Shown in pieces: positions 24,584-37,780 of a stretch of DNA of 64,000 nt. The stretch is from Octopus sinensis (Eukaryota). The translations under genes and the position numbers were made by a program. Numbering within the stretch: the first letter of the stretch is position 1; each line of letters opens with the position of its first letter. Below the pieces are notes generated by a model that saw only the letters and a program-made list of their open reading frames with translations, was not told where the DNA came from and searched no databases. Location: NCBI RefSeq assembly GCF_006345805.1, contig NC_043005.1, positions 124,001-188,000 on the forward strand, given 5' to 3'.

Positions 24584-27500
24584 GTATATATTTGTATTTC
24601 TGTCTGTGTGTTTGTACCCCACTTTCACTTCAGAACTGAAATCTTTATATTCATAAATCTAAAGATCTCGTTGCATTTGCAAACAGTATAGCTTTCACTA
24701 ATCAGGAATCTTTATATTGATAAACAGGTAAGGAATGTGTGCATACACCCACCCACATACAATGGCTTCGTTGTTACGGAGATCTTTATATTGATAAATC
24801 TAATGATCTCGTTTCATTTGCAAACAGTATAGCTTTCCTAAGCAGGAAGGCTAAACTCTGGAGCTTGACGTTCTGATTGGACCAAGTGGTGTCCTGGTTG
24901 TGCATCAGGCATCAGGTTTAAATTTTATTCATGCTTTATTATTTTTGTTTGTTTGTTACTTTGGTCTACGTGTTTTTCAAATCTGGGCTTCGTTTCCGGC
25001 CTAGGGTTATACAATTTCAGCATATTTTCTTTATGAAACTGTACTGCTTTTATTCGTTCCTTTTTTGTTTTTTCTCTTTCGTTTTGCTCTCTTCTGTTTT
25101 CTATTTTTTATTTTTAAGTCTCTTATTCTCTTTGTTTTTGTTTTGGTTTTGTTTTTAACCTCACACACACTTAACCGGTTGAATGGAACTTCTCACAGCA
25201 TCTTCCGTTTCACTTTCCGTACCAACTTTCATTCCTGCAATTTATACTATTTCCAGATTAACGTTCTGCTAAAAAACAAAGACGAATTCTCAGAAATTCA
25301 TTGTCTTCAGCTCCCTATCTTCTCAGATTCTCACACATAAACTGCACTGAACTTTATATATTTTTCATTGGCTTTCGTAATTTTATTCACAGTTCTTATT
25401 CACATGAAACCTCTTATGATTCTACCAATAAATATTTATGAAAACCCCTTTTTCGTAACGGATGGTTTCGGTCAGCTAAATGTCGTAATCTCTCCGTTTT
25501 GTAATCAAATAGACGAGATACAATTCAAGGGAGACATGTTTTAGTTTCAAATATTCTTCACTTGCAAATTGTTGCATGGAATCCCTTCTCGATGACGCGT
25601 ACCCTAAAACGCATGAATTAAATCAACTCTTCCGTCTTCTTCACTAAGCCTTTCACATAACTAAATCTTTCTTGGTGGAATTTGAATATTTAAACTGAAT
25701 ATAGGACTAGATATTCATATGAGACGCTTGATAGCTTTCCTCTTTGTAGACAGCGTTGTATAATTAACGAGCGGAGAATAACTCGGGCAATACTCCATTC
25801 CGTGTGTCCTCCTCTCGTAATAGAAGCGTCGGGTGGCTGTCATGATACACGGATAGTCTTGGACATTCAAACCATGCTGGTTCTCGTGTTTCACGAGCTC
25901 TGACAGAAACAGAATCCTTGCAGTGAGGAAGAAAAGGAGGCAGAGAGATGAGAATCGGCACAAAGAAGGGAATTAGTAATTTATCGATAATGAAACAGCG
26001 AAAGGCATAAGTGGCCTGAGAGATGAGATTCGGACAAGAATGTAGAGAAAAGGAAAGACTACACAAGAAATTCTGTTGCATGCCAATCCGATGCCAATGT
26101 TTGCTAATAGTAATGGTGCAGTGGAACATAACATATATAGCAGGGTCACTAGCATAGCTGGCGTAGGGCGGTAGGTTTGGTCCGCCAGGGCGGCACTTTT
26201 AAAGGGGTCTGGATGCGGCAAACGTAGAGGCCACCCCGGGCGGCACACATTCTAGCTCCGTTAGTGAGCACGGTGTATACATTTCTTTTATACAATAGTA
26301 ATGGAAGCACTTGAGTGGAGAAAGTAATCCGTGCTCCGTGTGGCAGAACTGATCCAAATAAAGCGGTAATTACGAAAGGTCTGTATTTCTAGGAACAATG
26401 GAGGCAGTTCTGAGAAACTGGCTCCGAAATATCGTTTGCCGTGTGTTGGGAGAAACTGTTGGAAAGTTTCGACTCACTCGCATAGGAAAGAATTTATGTG
26501 AGAGAAGCGCAACTATTTGTATAGACATAAGAATCAATAATAATTTATAAGCTAGGCAAAGAATGCTTTCAGAAATAAACACAAATGGGGAGCGCCCTGT
26601 ATTGAGCCTCTTTATGTCGAAGCATCTGCAGACGTATGACAAGTGGTGAAACATCATTTCACTATGGCAATATGAAATGGAAATATTTATCGACTTCCTA
26701 CACACACTGTAATAAGACTCATGCTCTCAGGAACGACTCATTGCAAACAAACACAGGAGGAGTCACCTGCTCTACCTCACCAATGCCCTAGTCATGGAAC
26801 AAGTTGTACTCCGACCAACTAGGGAAAATAACATTTTGGATCTCTGCTTCACAAACAATATAGACATCATTCATGATGTGAAAGTTACGCCGACATTAGT
26901 CTCGGATCACAACATAATAGAGCTTTCTATGTTTGGGCCGAAAGTAGCTAGAGGCATACAGCCAAAAGGAAGCACCCGAAATCTCTCCAATCGGAACTTC
27001 CACAAAGTAGACTGGAAACCGATCCAAAAAGAGATCCGCAGACAACTGTCCGAAATGTCTCTCCACACCAGACATTGGCATGAAACTAGAATATTTCATG
27101 TCTGTTATGCAAGCCATATGCCAGAAATATGTTCCAGAGCACAAGGCCACAACAAATAGGAACAAGATTCCAAAGGTGAGGAAGATTCTCATGAGACGAC
27201 GGACGAAGGTTGCAAATCGCCTCAACCAACATGCCAAAAGTAGTGAAAGGTCCCGCCTAAAAACAACACTGATGTAGATTGGAAAAAGCTTGAAACAATT
27301 TTATGGGAGGGAGAGAGTAGACAACGAAGCCTGGGTTAGTAAAAACATTAAGTGAAATCCAAAGGCCTTCTTTCATTACGCCACAGAAATAGAATCAATA
27401 CACCGCAAGATAGGATCCCTCTTCCAAAAGGATGGCACCCTCGCATATAGTCCAACCAGGAACAGTGAGGTACTGAATGAGCAATTCAAAAATGTCTTTA

Positions 27501-28027
27501 TCACTCCGTTGGAACACAGACAAGTGAATCAACCGGTGGACTTTTTTTGCCGCATCACCTATAACCAGCGAGGCAATTACGATGGAATACATCGACATTA
27601 GCGAAGAAGATTTACTAACCATAGATGAAGTGGACGCAAACTCAACGGATGGTCCTGATGGTTTACCAGCAATCCTCCTCAAATCGTGTAAGCATACCCT
27701 GGCAAAACCCTTCCAGATTTTCTTCCAGAGCTTTCTTGCAAATGGCAGACTGCCAAGCAAGCTGAAGGGGGTAATAATGTGTCCAGTCAATAAAGGAAGC
27801 AGAGCAGATGCCAAAAACTATAGGCATATCTCTCTGACTTCACACATCAGCAATGTCAAGGAACAGATCGTCAGAGGGAAACCAATTGCATACCTTGAAG
27901 AAAATGATTTATTGAGTGATACCCAGCATGACTTTCGAACAGGTAGGAGCTGCCTGACCCAGCTCTTACAACATTATGACTTGTTGTTGAGGCAGTTACT
28001 CAACTAACTCAAATGTGGACGTAACAT
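24262..28027 (+). repeat. Composite tandem unit U, copy 3 (3'-truncated inside LINE D)
   Basis: Colinear with copies 1 and 2 up to ...GGACGTAACAT, followed by a short TA tract and a family B2 tail. Confidence 0.93.
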
Positions 28028-28050
28028 TTATATATACAAATATATATATA

Positions 28051-31000
28051 AACTTAGACTTAGATAAACTTAGATATGTTTCGACCAAAGATTGGTCCAG
28101 GCCATGTCTAACTTAATAGCACCACCTGATAGGATTATTCGAATCCCGTTTAAGTCAAGTTTTGTTCAAGTAGTGAGTTCTTATTGGGTGAGTTGTATCC
28201 AGTTTTGTTCAAGTAGTGAGTTCTTGTTGGGTGAGTTGTATCCAATTATGGGTGGCTTATCTGGTATTTTTTGAATGAATCTATCCAGACTCTGTTTAAA
28301 GTTGATGGGATACTTTTCCTCTTGGATCTCTCTCGGGACAATGTTAAATAGGGCAGGGCCTGTTGAGAAAAAGAAATTATGTTGCAGTGTACATGTATGT
28401 TGTGATCTTGAATTGGGCAGGGGACGTATAGCCCGTGGTCCAAGTCTTGGATGAACCTTGAAGCTAATGTTTAGGTCGTTTGGGCAAAGTTGGCGGTATA
28501 TTTTCCACATCGTACAAATGATGTAACGCTCACGGCGACGCTGGAGGGAGTAAAGTTTCAAGGCTTTAAGGCGATCCCAATAATCGAAAGCAGCCATGCG
28601 TTTAGTGAGTGCCCTCTGGGGTGACTCAATTCTGGAGATGTTTTGTCTTGTGTGAGGAGACCACAGTGGGCAGCAGTATTCAAGGTGTGGCCGTACAAAG
28701 GAGGAAAAATGTGGTATGATGACACCTTGTTCTCTGGACCGGAAAGTTCTTAAGATCCAGGAACTCATCCTACGAGCTATATCGACCTTCTTGTTGATGT
28801 GTGCACTCCAACTGAGATCGTCATCAACAATTACACCCAGGTCTCTGATATTGTTAGAGGCTGTGAGCGGTTCCCCTGAAGGAAGAGAGTATGGCTGTTT
28901 TAGTGAGGAGTTTCTTCCAAAATGCATCAGCTCAAATTTTCCCTCGTTCAGTTGCATTTTTTTTCTGTCTGCCCATTGACTCACAGCATATAGATCAGAC
29001 TGGAGTTGAGTTCGGTCTGCTTCTTCATTGACGATTTGCTGGAGCTTGGTGTCATCAGCAAATATTTTCACTTTGCCGTAATGTACGACACTGGAAAGGT
29101 CGTTTATGTAGATTATGAAGAGTAGCGGACCCAAGACAGTCCCCTGGGGGACACTGCTGGTGACTTTTGCTGGGCTTGAGTGGACTCCATCAACTACAAC
29201 ATGTTGTGTTCTATTCGCCAGGAAATACTTGATCCAGTGTAGAACTTTTCCACGGATTCCAACATTTGCCAATTTTGAGAGTAGGATATTATTGTCTACC
29301 CTGTCGAACGCTTTACTGAAGTCAAGATATATGACATCAGAGTTCGAACCTGTTCCCAAGGCTTTGAGTACATCTTCAATGTGGTGTAAGATCTGTGTTA
29401 GACAGTCCCTGCCACAGCGAAAGCCATGCTGATTTGCATTTAGGAGTTTCTGGGTCTCCAGGAAGTCAGCCAACCTTGATCTTAACACTCTTTCAAACAC
29501 TTTGATGATGTGGGAGGTGAGTGAGATTGGGCGATAGTTGAGTGCGAGGGATATGTTTCCCTGTTTGAAAACCGGGATGACTGACTGGGATAGAAACTGT
29601 TTTGGTATATAACCTGCATCTAACGAATTTCTCCAGAGGTTGGTCAGAGGGACTGCAAGTTGGTGTCTACATTCCTTCAGGAGACTAGCGGGGAATCTAT
29701 CAGGGCCTACAGCAGAGTAGTATTTGACCTCATTTATTGCTGCTACGATGTCAGTAGGAGTGAAGGTTATGTCTGAGATTTTATGTTGGGAGTCAACTTC
29801 GTTCGCTTCTCTTACGTCAATATCAGTGGGAACACTAAAGACAGAGCAGTATTGTTTCTGCAGTATTTCTGCCATTTCTTTAGCATCGTGTTGGGGAATG
29901 CCGTTAGCATCAATTAATGGCCCAATGGGTGAGACAGTGGTTCTATGCTTATTTGCATAGGAATAGAACACTTTTGGGTTCTGTTTGATGTTTTTGATTA
30001 CCCACTGTTCCTCCGCAGCTCTTTGGTTTTCAATGGAGGTTTTCATGTCGTTCTGCAGATGAAGTTTTTCCAGCTCTAGCCTTTTCATTGTTGTTGAACG
30101 TGGATGTTGTTTGTGGGAATATTTTAATTGGTTGATTTTTTTGTTAAGTCTTTTGATGCGCCTGATGAGTGTTTTCTTATTTTTAGGGAGCCGATTTCTG
30201 TTTGTGTTAGTAGATTTCGTGGGAGCGTGTTTAGAGCATGTATATGTGACAATGTTTTCAAAGTGCTGCCATGCGGTCTCAATATGGGTGGAATTGAGGG
30301 TAAAAGACCAGTCGATGAAAGACAGATCCTTTCTGATTGCTCCCCAGTCTGCTTTGTGGAAGTTTATGTTATCAAATGAGTGCCATGGAGTGGGATTGGC
30401 TGGTTTGGTTTTTATATGTCGGGAATTGAAATTGCAGGGTACCATGTCGTGATCTGAGAGGAGAGTTTTTTCAACTGAAATACTGTGAACAAAGCTAGAG
30501 TGATTGGTCAATACCAGATCCAAGATCGTTTTATTCTGTCTCGTTGGTTCGAGCACAAGCTGAGTCAGGAAGTATTCATCCATTAGATTAAAGAGCAGTT
30601 CCGCTGCTGCTCTATCTGATGTAGAGCACTTGCCTAACTTTAGAGTATTTGTGGGCCAGTTCACATGAGGGAGGTTAAAATCACCCATCACTAGTATGTT
30701 TCCGGAGTGGTACTTCCGAAGGAAGGACTTGACTTTGCTAAGGCAATCTTCAAAGCACTTTAAAGGTGCTTGGGGAGGCCTGTAAAGACCAACAATGACT
30801 ATGTCCTTGGCCTTGCTGAATAGTGATACCGATTCACAATAGCCATTGGAAAATATGTCCTTGGCATCAAGTGAGAAGGAGTCATGGATAAAGATGGCTG
30901 TCCCTCCTTTATTTCGGTTTGTACGATCCGCACGAACAATGGTGAAATCTTTTATTTTCACCTCGGCGTCTATATGGGTGTTGTTCAGGTGAGTCTCGGT

Positions 31001-31237
31001 AAGGATAAAGAAAGGGAAGCAATGTGTCGTTTCGGCAAGCCAACTCTCTATATATGGGATCTTCCATTTTTGGGCAATAATTGATGGGTTGATGCCACGT
31101 ACATTTAATAGGAATGTCGAGGTAAGTGAAGTTTGATGTTTGCATTGTTCTAAGTTGTTCAGTGGTAACAATGTGGGTAGTTCTTGTATGGAGCTGTGTG
31201 TGTATGATTTTCTTGTTGGTAGTGGGTGTGTGGTCAC
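28051..31237 (-). mobile_element. CR1-type LINE family B2, ORF2 complete, ORF1 missing
   Basis: Tail (TATCTAAGTT)n at a TA tract; 1018-aa open frame; 5' end stops just upstream of the APE domain. Confidence 0.95.
28181..31237 (-). CDS. LINE ORF2: APE endonuclease + reverse transcriptase
   Basis: [66 protein letters not shown]. Confidence 0.93.
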   Translation of the reverse strand: MTTHPLPTRKSYTHSSIQELPTLLPLNNLEQCKHQTSLTSTFLLNVRGINPSIIAQKWKIPYIESWLAETTHCFPFFILTETHLNNTHIDAEVKIKDFTIVRADRTNRNKGGTAIFIHDSFSLDAKDIFSNGYCESVSLFSKAKDIVIVGLYRPPQAPLKCFEDCLSKVKSFLRKYHSGNILVMGDFNLPHVNWPTNTLKLGKCSTSDRAAAELLFNLMDEYFLTQLVLEPTRQNKTILDLVLTNHSSFVHSISVEKTLLSDHDMVPCNFNSRHIKTKPANPTPWHSFDNINFHKADWGAIRKDLSFIDWSFTLNSTHIETAWQHFENIVTYTCSKHAPTKSTNTNRNRLPKNKKTLIRRIKRLNKKINQLKYSHKQHPRSTTMKRLELEKLHLQNDMKTSIENQRAAEEQWVIKNIKQNPKVFYSYANKHRTTVSPIGPLIDANGIPQHDAKEMAEILQKQYCSVFSVPTDIDVREANEVDSQHKISDITFTPTDIVAAINEVKYYSAVGPDRFPASLLKECRHQLAVPLTNLWRNSLDAGYIPKQFLSQSVIPVFKQGNISLALNYRPISLTSHIIKVFERVLRSRLADFLETQKLLNANQHGFRCGRDCLTQILHHIEDVLKALGTGSNSDVIYLDFSKAFDRVDNNILLSKLANVGIRGKVLHWIKYFLANRTQHVVVDGVHSSPAKVTSSVPQGTVLGPLLFIIYINDLSSVVHYGKVKIFADDTKLQQIVNEEADRTQLQSDLYAVSQWADRKKMQLNEGKFELMHFGRNSSLKQPYSLPSGEPLTASNNIRDLGVIVDDDLSWSAHINKKVDIARRMSSWILRTFRSREQGVIIPHFSSFVRPHLEYCCPLWSPHTRQNISRIESPQRALTKRMAAFDYWDRLKALKLYSLQRRRERYIICTMWKIYRQLCPNDLNISFKVHPRLGPRAIRPLPNSRSQHTCTLQHNFFFSTGPALFNIVPREIQEEKYPINFKQSLDRFIQKIPDKPPIIGYNSPNKNSLLEQNWIQLTQ

Positions 31238-31447
31238 ATTATGGTTACAGTCAATCTTCAGGTTAATTGAAATATTTTAATAATAATCAGAAATATTATT
31301 AAACTAGAAACTTAAAACTTAACAATTGTGATTATATCAAAATCAATTATAATGTTAAATATTAATTTTAATTTATAAGGTAGGAAACCCACCTATAATT
31401 TAATATCGGTAATAGTCTATATCTAATTACATAAATAGTTTTAAAAA
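31238..31447 (+). repeat. Outer inverted-repeat arm a
   Basis: Reverse complement of 36533-36801, where the right arm carries a ~60-bp insertion. Confidence 0.9.
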
Positions 31448-32149
31448 ATAACTATTATATATAAATTATCAATGAAAATATATAAATGTATATAAATATT
31501 ATAATTAAGATCTAAAATAATCTCTTGTTATTTATGTTCAAATGAGTTTAAGGAAATTTTATTTTTTAAGCATGATAATTTAGTGAATATCTGGGATGAG
31601 CGCAAAATAAAATGCAGACGCAAGTTACTTTACTTATATAATAAATTTCTTGATAAATAATCAATATTTATTAGCCTTAATTAGCTCCTTATTTGTTGAT
31701 TTATGTAATAGTATTCTAAATATAGCAGGTGATTTGTAGTACTTATTCTATTAGTTTATTTTTGTTATTTAGGTTCTGCTTTTAATTATAGTTAGATTAT
31801 ATATAATTGTTTATTTTATTACTATAGATTTTATTACTAAATATATTTTTTAATAAGTATTTAATGGTTTATTGAATATAGAGTTTGGTAAGTTACAATT
31901 TTATTTATCTTTTATTAAAGTTAAGTTTATATATTTTGTTATATTTCTGTTATAATTTTGTTAAATTATAATTTTGTTATATCAATCTATTTGTATGTAA
32001 TATCTTTATATTTGAAATAGATTTATTTAGTTGTTTCTTTAATCTATTTTATTTAATATAGAAGTATAGATTAGTAAGATTAAATGTTTAGATTAAACTT
32101 AACGTTTACCTCTATTTTTGAATTGTAGTATGAATATAGACATTTATAT

Positions 32150-32560
<411 letters not shown>

Positions 32561-33775
32561 AAATTTTGATAAGTATTTTAGAGATTTTGGTTATGATCAC
32601 TAATTTCAGCTTATAATTATAAGAGCATGGGGAAAGACTTTATAGTACGATGAGGGGTTACTATAGAAAATTTTTTTTTATATATTTATTAATCATATTA
32701 GATTTTTAGAATATATTTAATAATTAGTGGTTTTTAATCATTTAAATTATTTAATTTATTTTGTATTAAGTATTAATTATCATAGTTATTTTATTCAGAA
32801 ATCTTATAGTATAGAGTGATTTTATTCTTTATTTGTGACTTCATTCTATTTACACTAATAAACCATTAATCTTCATTGATAAAGCGTATTTGTTCCTCAC
32901 GATTAATGAATTCTTCAACAATTTAATCTTTCTTTGCTAATAACGTAATTCCACGAGTATTCTTATAAACGCTGTAAAGACGTTTTCCGATTCAAAATTT
33001 TAGTTCATTACAAAACCTCGCTAAGATAAGTATTTATTTATATTTAAGATCTTTAAATTGTAAATTTTAATATTTTATTAGTCTTTGGTGTAACAATATT
33101 TTCCTTATGTAAATATCGTTGTTTATGTAATGATCTAATTATCGTAATTTTCTATATTATTAGATATTAAATTTAAGTTTATTCGTAAGATACTACTTAG
33201 CGATAGATTTATGTTTGATAGGAAATATACGAAGTGTCTAAAGTTAGGCTTTTGTATATACATATGTTAATTGTAGTTTTAAATTTCTTATGATTAAAAT
33301 TAGATAAACTTTCATAAACTTAGATATGTTTCGACTAAAGATTGGTCCAGGCCATGTCTAACTTAATAGCATAACTTAGTTATTGTCTTTTAAAATGGAT
33401 ATTCGCTAGTTATTCCCATTGATAATTATATTTATAGTATTTATAGTATTTTTTCGATACTACATAACTACGAATTGATTATTTCTATAAGTATTTTACA
33501 TAAGATTTCTGAATGTTCGTTTAAGTTTGTATGTTTGTATTTTTGAAGTTAGTTATTTCATTTTTAAATATGAAAAATTAACTTATTAGGTTTTTATTAT
33601 ATGTGTATATATATTTATTTATAGAGATTATTTTAGATCTTAATTATAATATTTATATACATTTATATATTTTCATTCATAATTTATATATAATAGTTTT
33701 TTGTTTTTTTTAGGAATTACGGAGATGTACTCGCATAGCAAGTAATTTGATCTGAGATCGTGTGCTGAAACGAAA

Positions 33776-34286
33776 ACAATTGCAGCGTGGAAGGTGTTTA
33801 TAAGCCATTTAAGAAACACACAAAAGCCGTTCGATTCACTTCAACATTTAAGTTTAATTTGTCAAAATATTTTCGTCGCTAAAATCCGCGACCTGTTCAC
33901 TGACAAAGTCCGTGCTGCATCTAAGAAAGTAACAGTTAGTTCGTCATATATATGTACGTATGTATGTGTGTATGTATGCATACATGTGTGTATGTATGTA
34001 CGTATGCATGTACGTACATACGCCTGTGTATGTATGTATGTATGTATGTATGTATGTATGTATGTATGTATGTATGTATGTATGTATGTATGTATATATG
34101 TATGTGTGTGTATATGCACGCACATACACTCTATAAAACATAAAGCTATAAACCTGTAGCGATGGATGGATGTAGAGTGACCACTCATCACAAAGCTATC
34201 AAATTTCAACTTCCTACGGCCGAAGCTAGAAAGTGATTTACGACGCTTACTCCCAAAACTATACCCTAAAATCTATTATCAGATCT
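33776..34286 (+). repeat. Inner inverted-repeat arm b
   Basis: Reverse complement of 36004-36530, including the internal (TATG)n. Confidence 0.93.
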
Positions 34287-35300
34287 CCCTCTAAACACCC
34301 CAATAAACGATTACCCGTCCTAGATACTGAGCTATGGATGGAAGATGCTATGGTTAATGGTACCATTAAACCCTGTATACTCCACTTACACTATCAGAAA
34401 CCGATGGCTAATCCACTAGTAATCCGTAGTGACTCAGCTATGTCGGATACTGCCAAACTCAACATCCTAGTGGCAGACTTAGTTAGAGTAATGAGGAATG
34501 TATCACCACTATGCCAACCACAAGAACAACAACACATCCAGCACTACATATTCCGAATGCAACGCTCCGGATACACACAAGACGATAGAGTCAGGGTGTA
34601 CAAAGGAGCGAAAGCTAGATTCGAACGCATTCTAAGGAACGACGAAAACGGTATATGCCCCCTGTACCGCAACAAGTTCTGGAATAGGTTAGAGAGGGAC
34701 ACCAACAAAAAGATGAGAAACGTTACTTGGTACGATAAAAGGAGATTTCACGGAGTGATGTTCGTTGACGCCACACCTAAGAACGAGCTAAGTAAGGCAT
34801 TCAAGAAAGTCCTGCGCACTACGGGCCTAAAAGTTAAAGTTGTAGAAAAGACAGGTAGGACTATCAAATCGGCATTATGCAGATCATATCCATTTGATAG
34901 AATCACCTGTCAAAGTAATTGTGCAGTATATTCGACAAATCCACATGTAAATTGTAAAACCAAGGGCACTGTATACCAGATTAAGTGCCAGGAGGGAGCT
35001 TGCGCGACTAACCCAGAGTCATACATAAGTGAGACTTCTAGAAGCATCAATGATAGGTTTAAAAAACACCTGGACAACTACATTGAAAGGAAGCCAAACT
35101 CCATCTTCTACCAACATGCTGTAGACTGCCACAAGGGATCCTTAGGGAAGCTTATGTTGAACATCCTATCAACACATCCCACCGATGCAATGTTGAGACA
35201 GGTCACAGAAGCTGTTTGTATACAAGAATACAAACCTACTCTCAACCGAAAGTCCGAATGGAGTAACATCCAGATCCCATTCAGAAGGACTATTCTATAA
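34233..35300 (+). CDS. PLE protein C-terminal part (RT thumb, linker, GIY-YIG); the first ~18 codons are flanking DNA
   Basis: 355-aa open frame with the motifs listed above. Confidence 0.8.
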   Translation: MIYDAYSQNYTLKSIIRSPSKHPNKRLPVLDTELWMEDAMVNGTIKPCILHLHYQKPMANPLVIRSDSAMSDTAKLNILVADLVRVMRNVSPLCQPQEQQHIQHYIFRMQRSGYTQDDRVRVYKGAKARFERILRNDENGICPLYRNKFWNRLERDTNKKMRNVTWYDKRRFHGVMFVDATPKNELSKAFKKVLRTTGLKVKVVEKTGRTIKSALCRSYPFDRITCQSNCAVYSTNPHVNCKTKGTVYQIKCQEGACATNPESYISETSRSINDRFKKHLDNYIERKPNSIFYQHAVDCHKGSLGKLMLNILSTHPTDAMLRQVTEAVCIQEYKPTLNRKSEWSNIQIPFRRTIL

Positions 35301-35468
35301 CCACCCCTCTATCTCTCTCCCTTTTACCTGTAGTCCTTACATACAGGTTGCAATGCGTATGTGCAGTTATATACAACGGTATGAGCGGACGTTGTTTGAT
35401 ACGTACAGTTGCACTTAGGCGTTGTATCCATTCACGGTTAGACGATGATGAGAGGAACAAACACACAC
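34285..35468 (+). mobile_element. Penelope-like element, 5'-truncated (Naiad-like RT thumb + GIY-YIG)
   Basis: PSKHPNKRLPVLD, YQKPMAN, LVRVMRNVS, RMQRSGY, FVDATP, VYQIKC...YISETSRS...RFKKH, RQVTEAVCI, LNRKSEW. Ends at (TA)n. Confidence 0.85.
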
Positions 35469-35469
35469 C

Positions 35470-35562
<93 letters not shown>

Positions 35563-35975
35563 CTATACAAACATATATGTGAATATGCATACAACCTTCA
35601 GCAAAGTAACAGTCATGTACACAACTTGGACGGACATATGCCAGTACACGGACATACGTTCACATACACATACACATGTACACACTCTCACAGACACGTC
35701 TGCCCATTCTCCTAGACACTCACATACATACGTAGCACATGAATACAAACATACATACATACCTACGTATGGGCATACACACGTACATACGCACGTACAT
35801 GTACGCACACACATACATGGGCACATGCATACGAGCGCGTATACATACATACGCACATGTGTACGTATGTACATACACACATACATACATACATACATAC
35901 ATACATACATACATACATACATACATACATACATACATACATACATACGCACATACATACATACGCACAATAGTA
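35470..35975. repeat. (TA)n(TG)n...(TACA)n compound microsatellite
   Basis: Direct inspection. Confidence 0.95.
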
Positions 35976-36003
35976 AAACAATAGTTCTGTGATATAGAGA
36001 TAA

Positions 36004-36530
36004 AGATCTGATAATAGATTTTAGGGTATAGTTTTGCGAGTAAGCGTCGTAAATCACTTTCTAGCTTCGGCCGTAGGAAATTGAAATTTGATAGCTTTGT
36101 GATGAGTGGTCACTCTACATCCATCCATCGCTACAGGTTTATAGCTTTATGTTTTATAGAGTGTATGTGCGTGCATATACACACACATACATATATACAT
36201 ACATACATACATACATACATACATACATACATACATACATACATACATACATACATACATACATACATGCATGCATATACAGGCGTATGTACGTACATGC
36301 ATACGTACATACATACACACATGTATGCATACATACACACATACATACGTACATATATATGACGAACTAACTGTTACTTTCTTAGATGCAGCACGGACTT
36401 TGTCAGTGAACAGGTCGCGGATTTTAGCGACGAAAATATTTTGACAAATTAAACTTAAATGTTGAAGTGAATTGAACGGCTTTTGTGTGTTTCTTAAATG
36501 GCTTATAAACACATTCCACGCTGCAATAGT
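36004..36530 (-). repeat. Inner inverted-repeat arm b'
   Basis: Reverse complement of 33776-34286. Confidence 0.93.
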
Positions 36531-36532
36531 TT

Positions 36533-36801
36533 TTTTTAAAAACTATTTATGTAATTAGATATAGACAATTACCGATATTAAATTATAGGTGGGTTTCCTA
36601 CCTTATAAATTAAAATTAATATTTAACATTATAATTGATTTTGATACAATCATAATTGTTAAGTTTAAAGTTTCTAGTGTAATAATAGAGTTTATTATAA
36701 GTAAAATTATTATATTATTTATATCTTAAAAATATTGTTTAAATATTTCTGATTATTTTTAAAATATTTCAATTAACCTGAAGATTGAGTGTAACCATAA
36801 T
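36533..36801 (-). repeat. Outer inverted-repeat arm a'
   Basis: Reverse complement of 31238-31447; directly abuts b'. Confidence 0.9.
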
Positions 36802-37260
36802 TCGAATTATTAATTGAATTTAAATTATTGTTATTCTAATTGGTACAGCCATGAAACGATCGTAGTGTTTTATTCTTTATCTTTTATTAAACTTTTAATA
36901 ATTTGCAATAAAAAAATAAAATAGTAGTAATAAAAAAAGAAAATTAATTAATTAATTAATAAAATAATATATAAATATAAAAATATACATACATACATAC
37001 ATATATATATATTTGTATATATATATATAAAATTTATAAGTTTAAATTATTTAAATAATTTTTTATTTTTAACTTTTATATTTAAAAAAAAAATTTATGT
37101 ATTGGCTTATGTTCTTCACTGTTTTATTTGCCTAATAGTGGTTCTATCTCTAATTAATATAATATATATATATATATGCATATGTATATATAATATATAA
37201 ATGTATATACATATAGTATGTATGTATGTATGTATGTATGTACGTACGTATGTATGTATG

Positions 37261-37294
<34 letters not shown>

Positions 37295-37304
37295 TGTATG
37301 TATC

Positions 37305-37452
37305 GGTGCAGGTATGGCTGCGTGGTAAGAAGCTTTATTCTCAAACTCATGGTTGCGGTGTTCAGTCCCACTACAAGGAACCATGGGCATATGTCATCTA
37401 AAATAACTTCAGGCGATCCAAAACTGTGAATGGGTCTATTATGAGAAGCTCG

Positions 37453-37455
<3 letters not shown>
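37305..37455 (+). mobile_element. tRNA-derived SINE 5' half (repeated at 42928-43077)
   Basis: GCAGGTATGGCTGCGTGGTAAGAAGCTT...GTGTTCAGTCCCACT... (A/B-box-like), followed by an internal (TA)n and the SINE 3' half. Confidence 0.75.
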
Positions 37456-37501
<46 letters not shown>

Positions 37502-37747
37502 CGGGGGGGGAGTGTCTGTCTATCTGTCTCTGTTTAGCTCCACCTCTAATCGATTGATAACTGAAGCTGATGTATGTATATATATGTAACGGTGTAACCA
37601 AGAAGAGACTTGGCGTCGATTTGTTCGCCTATGTGCGGTGCCTCAGCATGGCCGTAGTCAAGTTACTGAGAAAAGTAAAAGAATAAAAGAATATATTCAC
37701 ACACGCACAGACACATACACACACACAAACACACACACACACACCCA

Positions 37748-37780
<33 letters not shown>

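Noticed and set aside
35300-35468. SECIS element in the PLE 3' UTR
   Set aside because: ATGA motifs are present, but I could not place the apical AA and the paired GA quartet.
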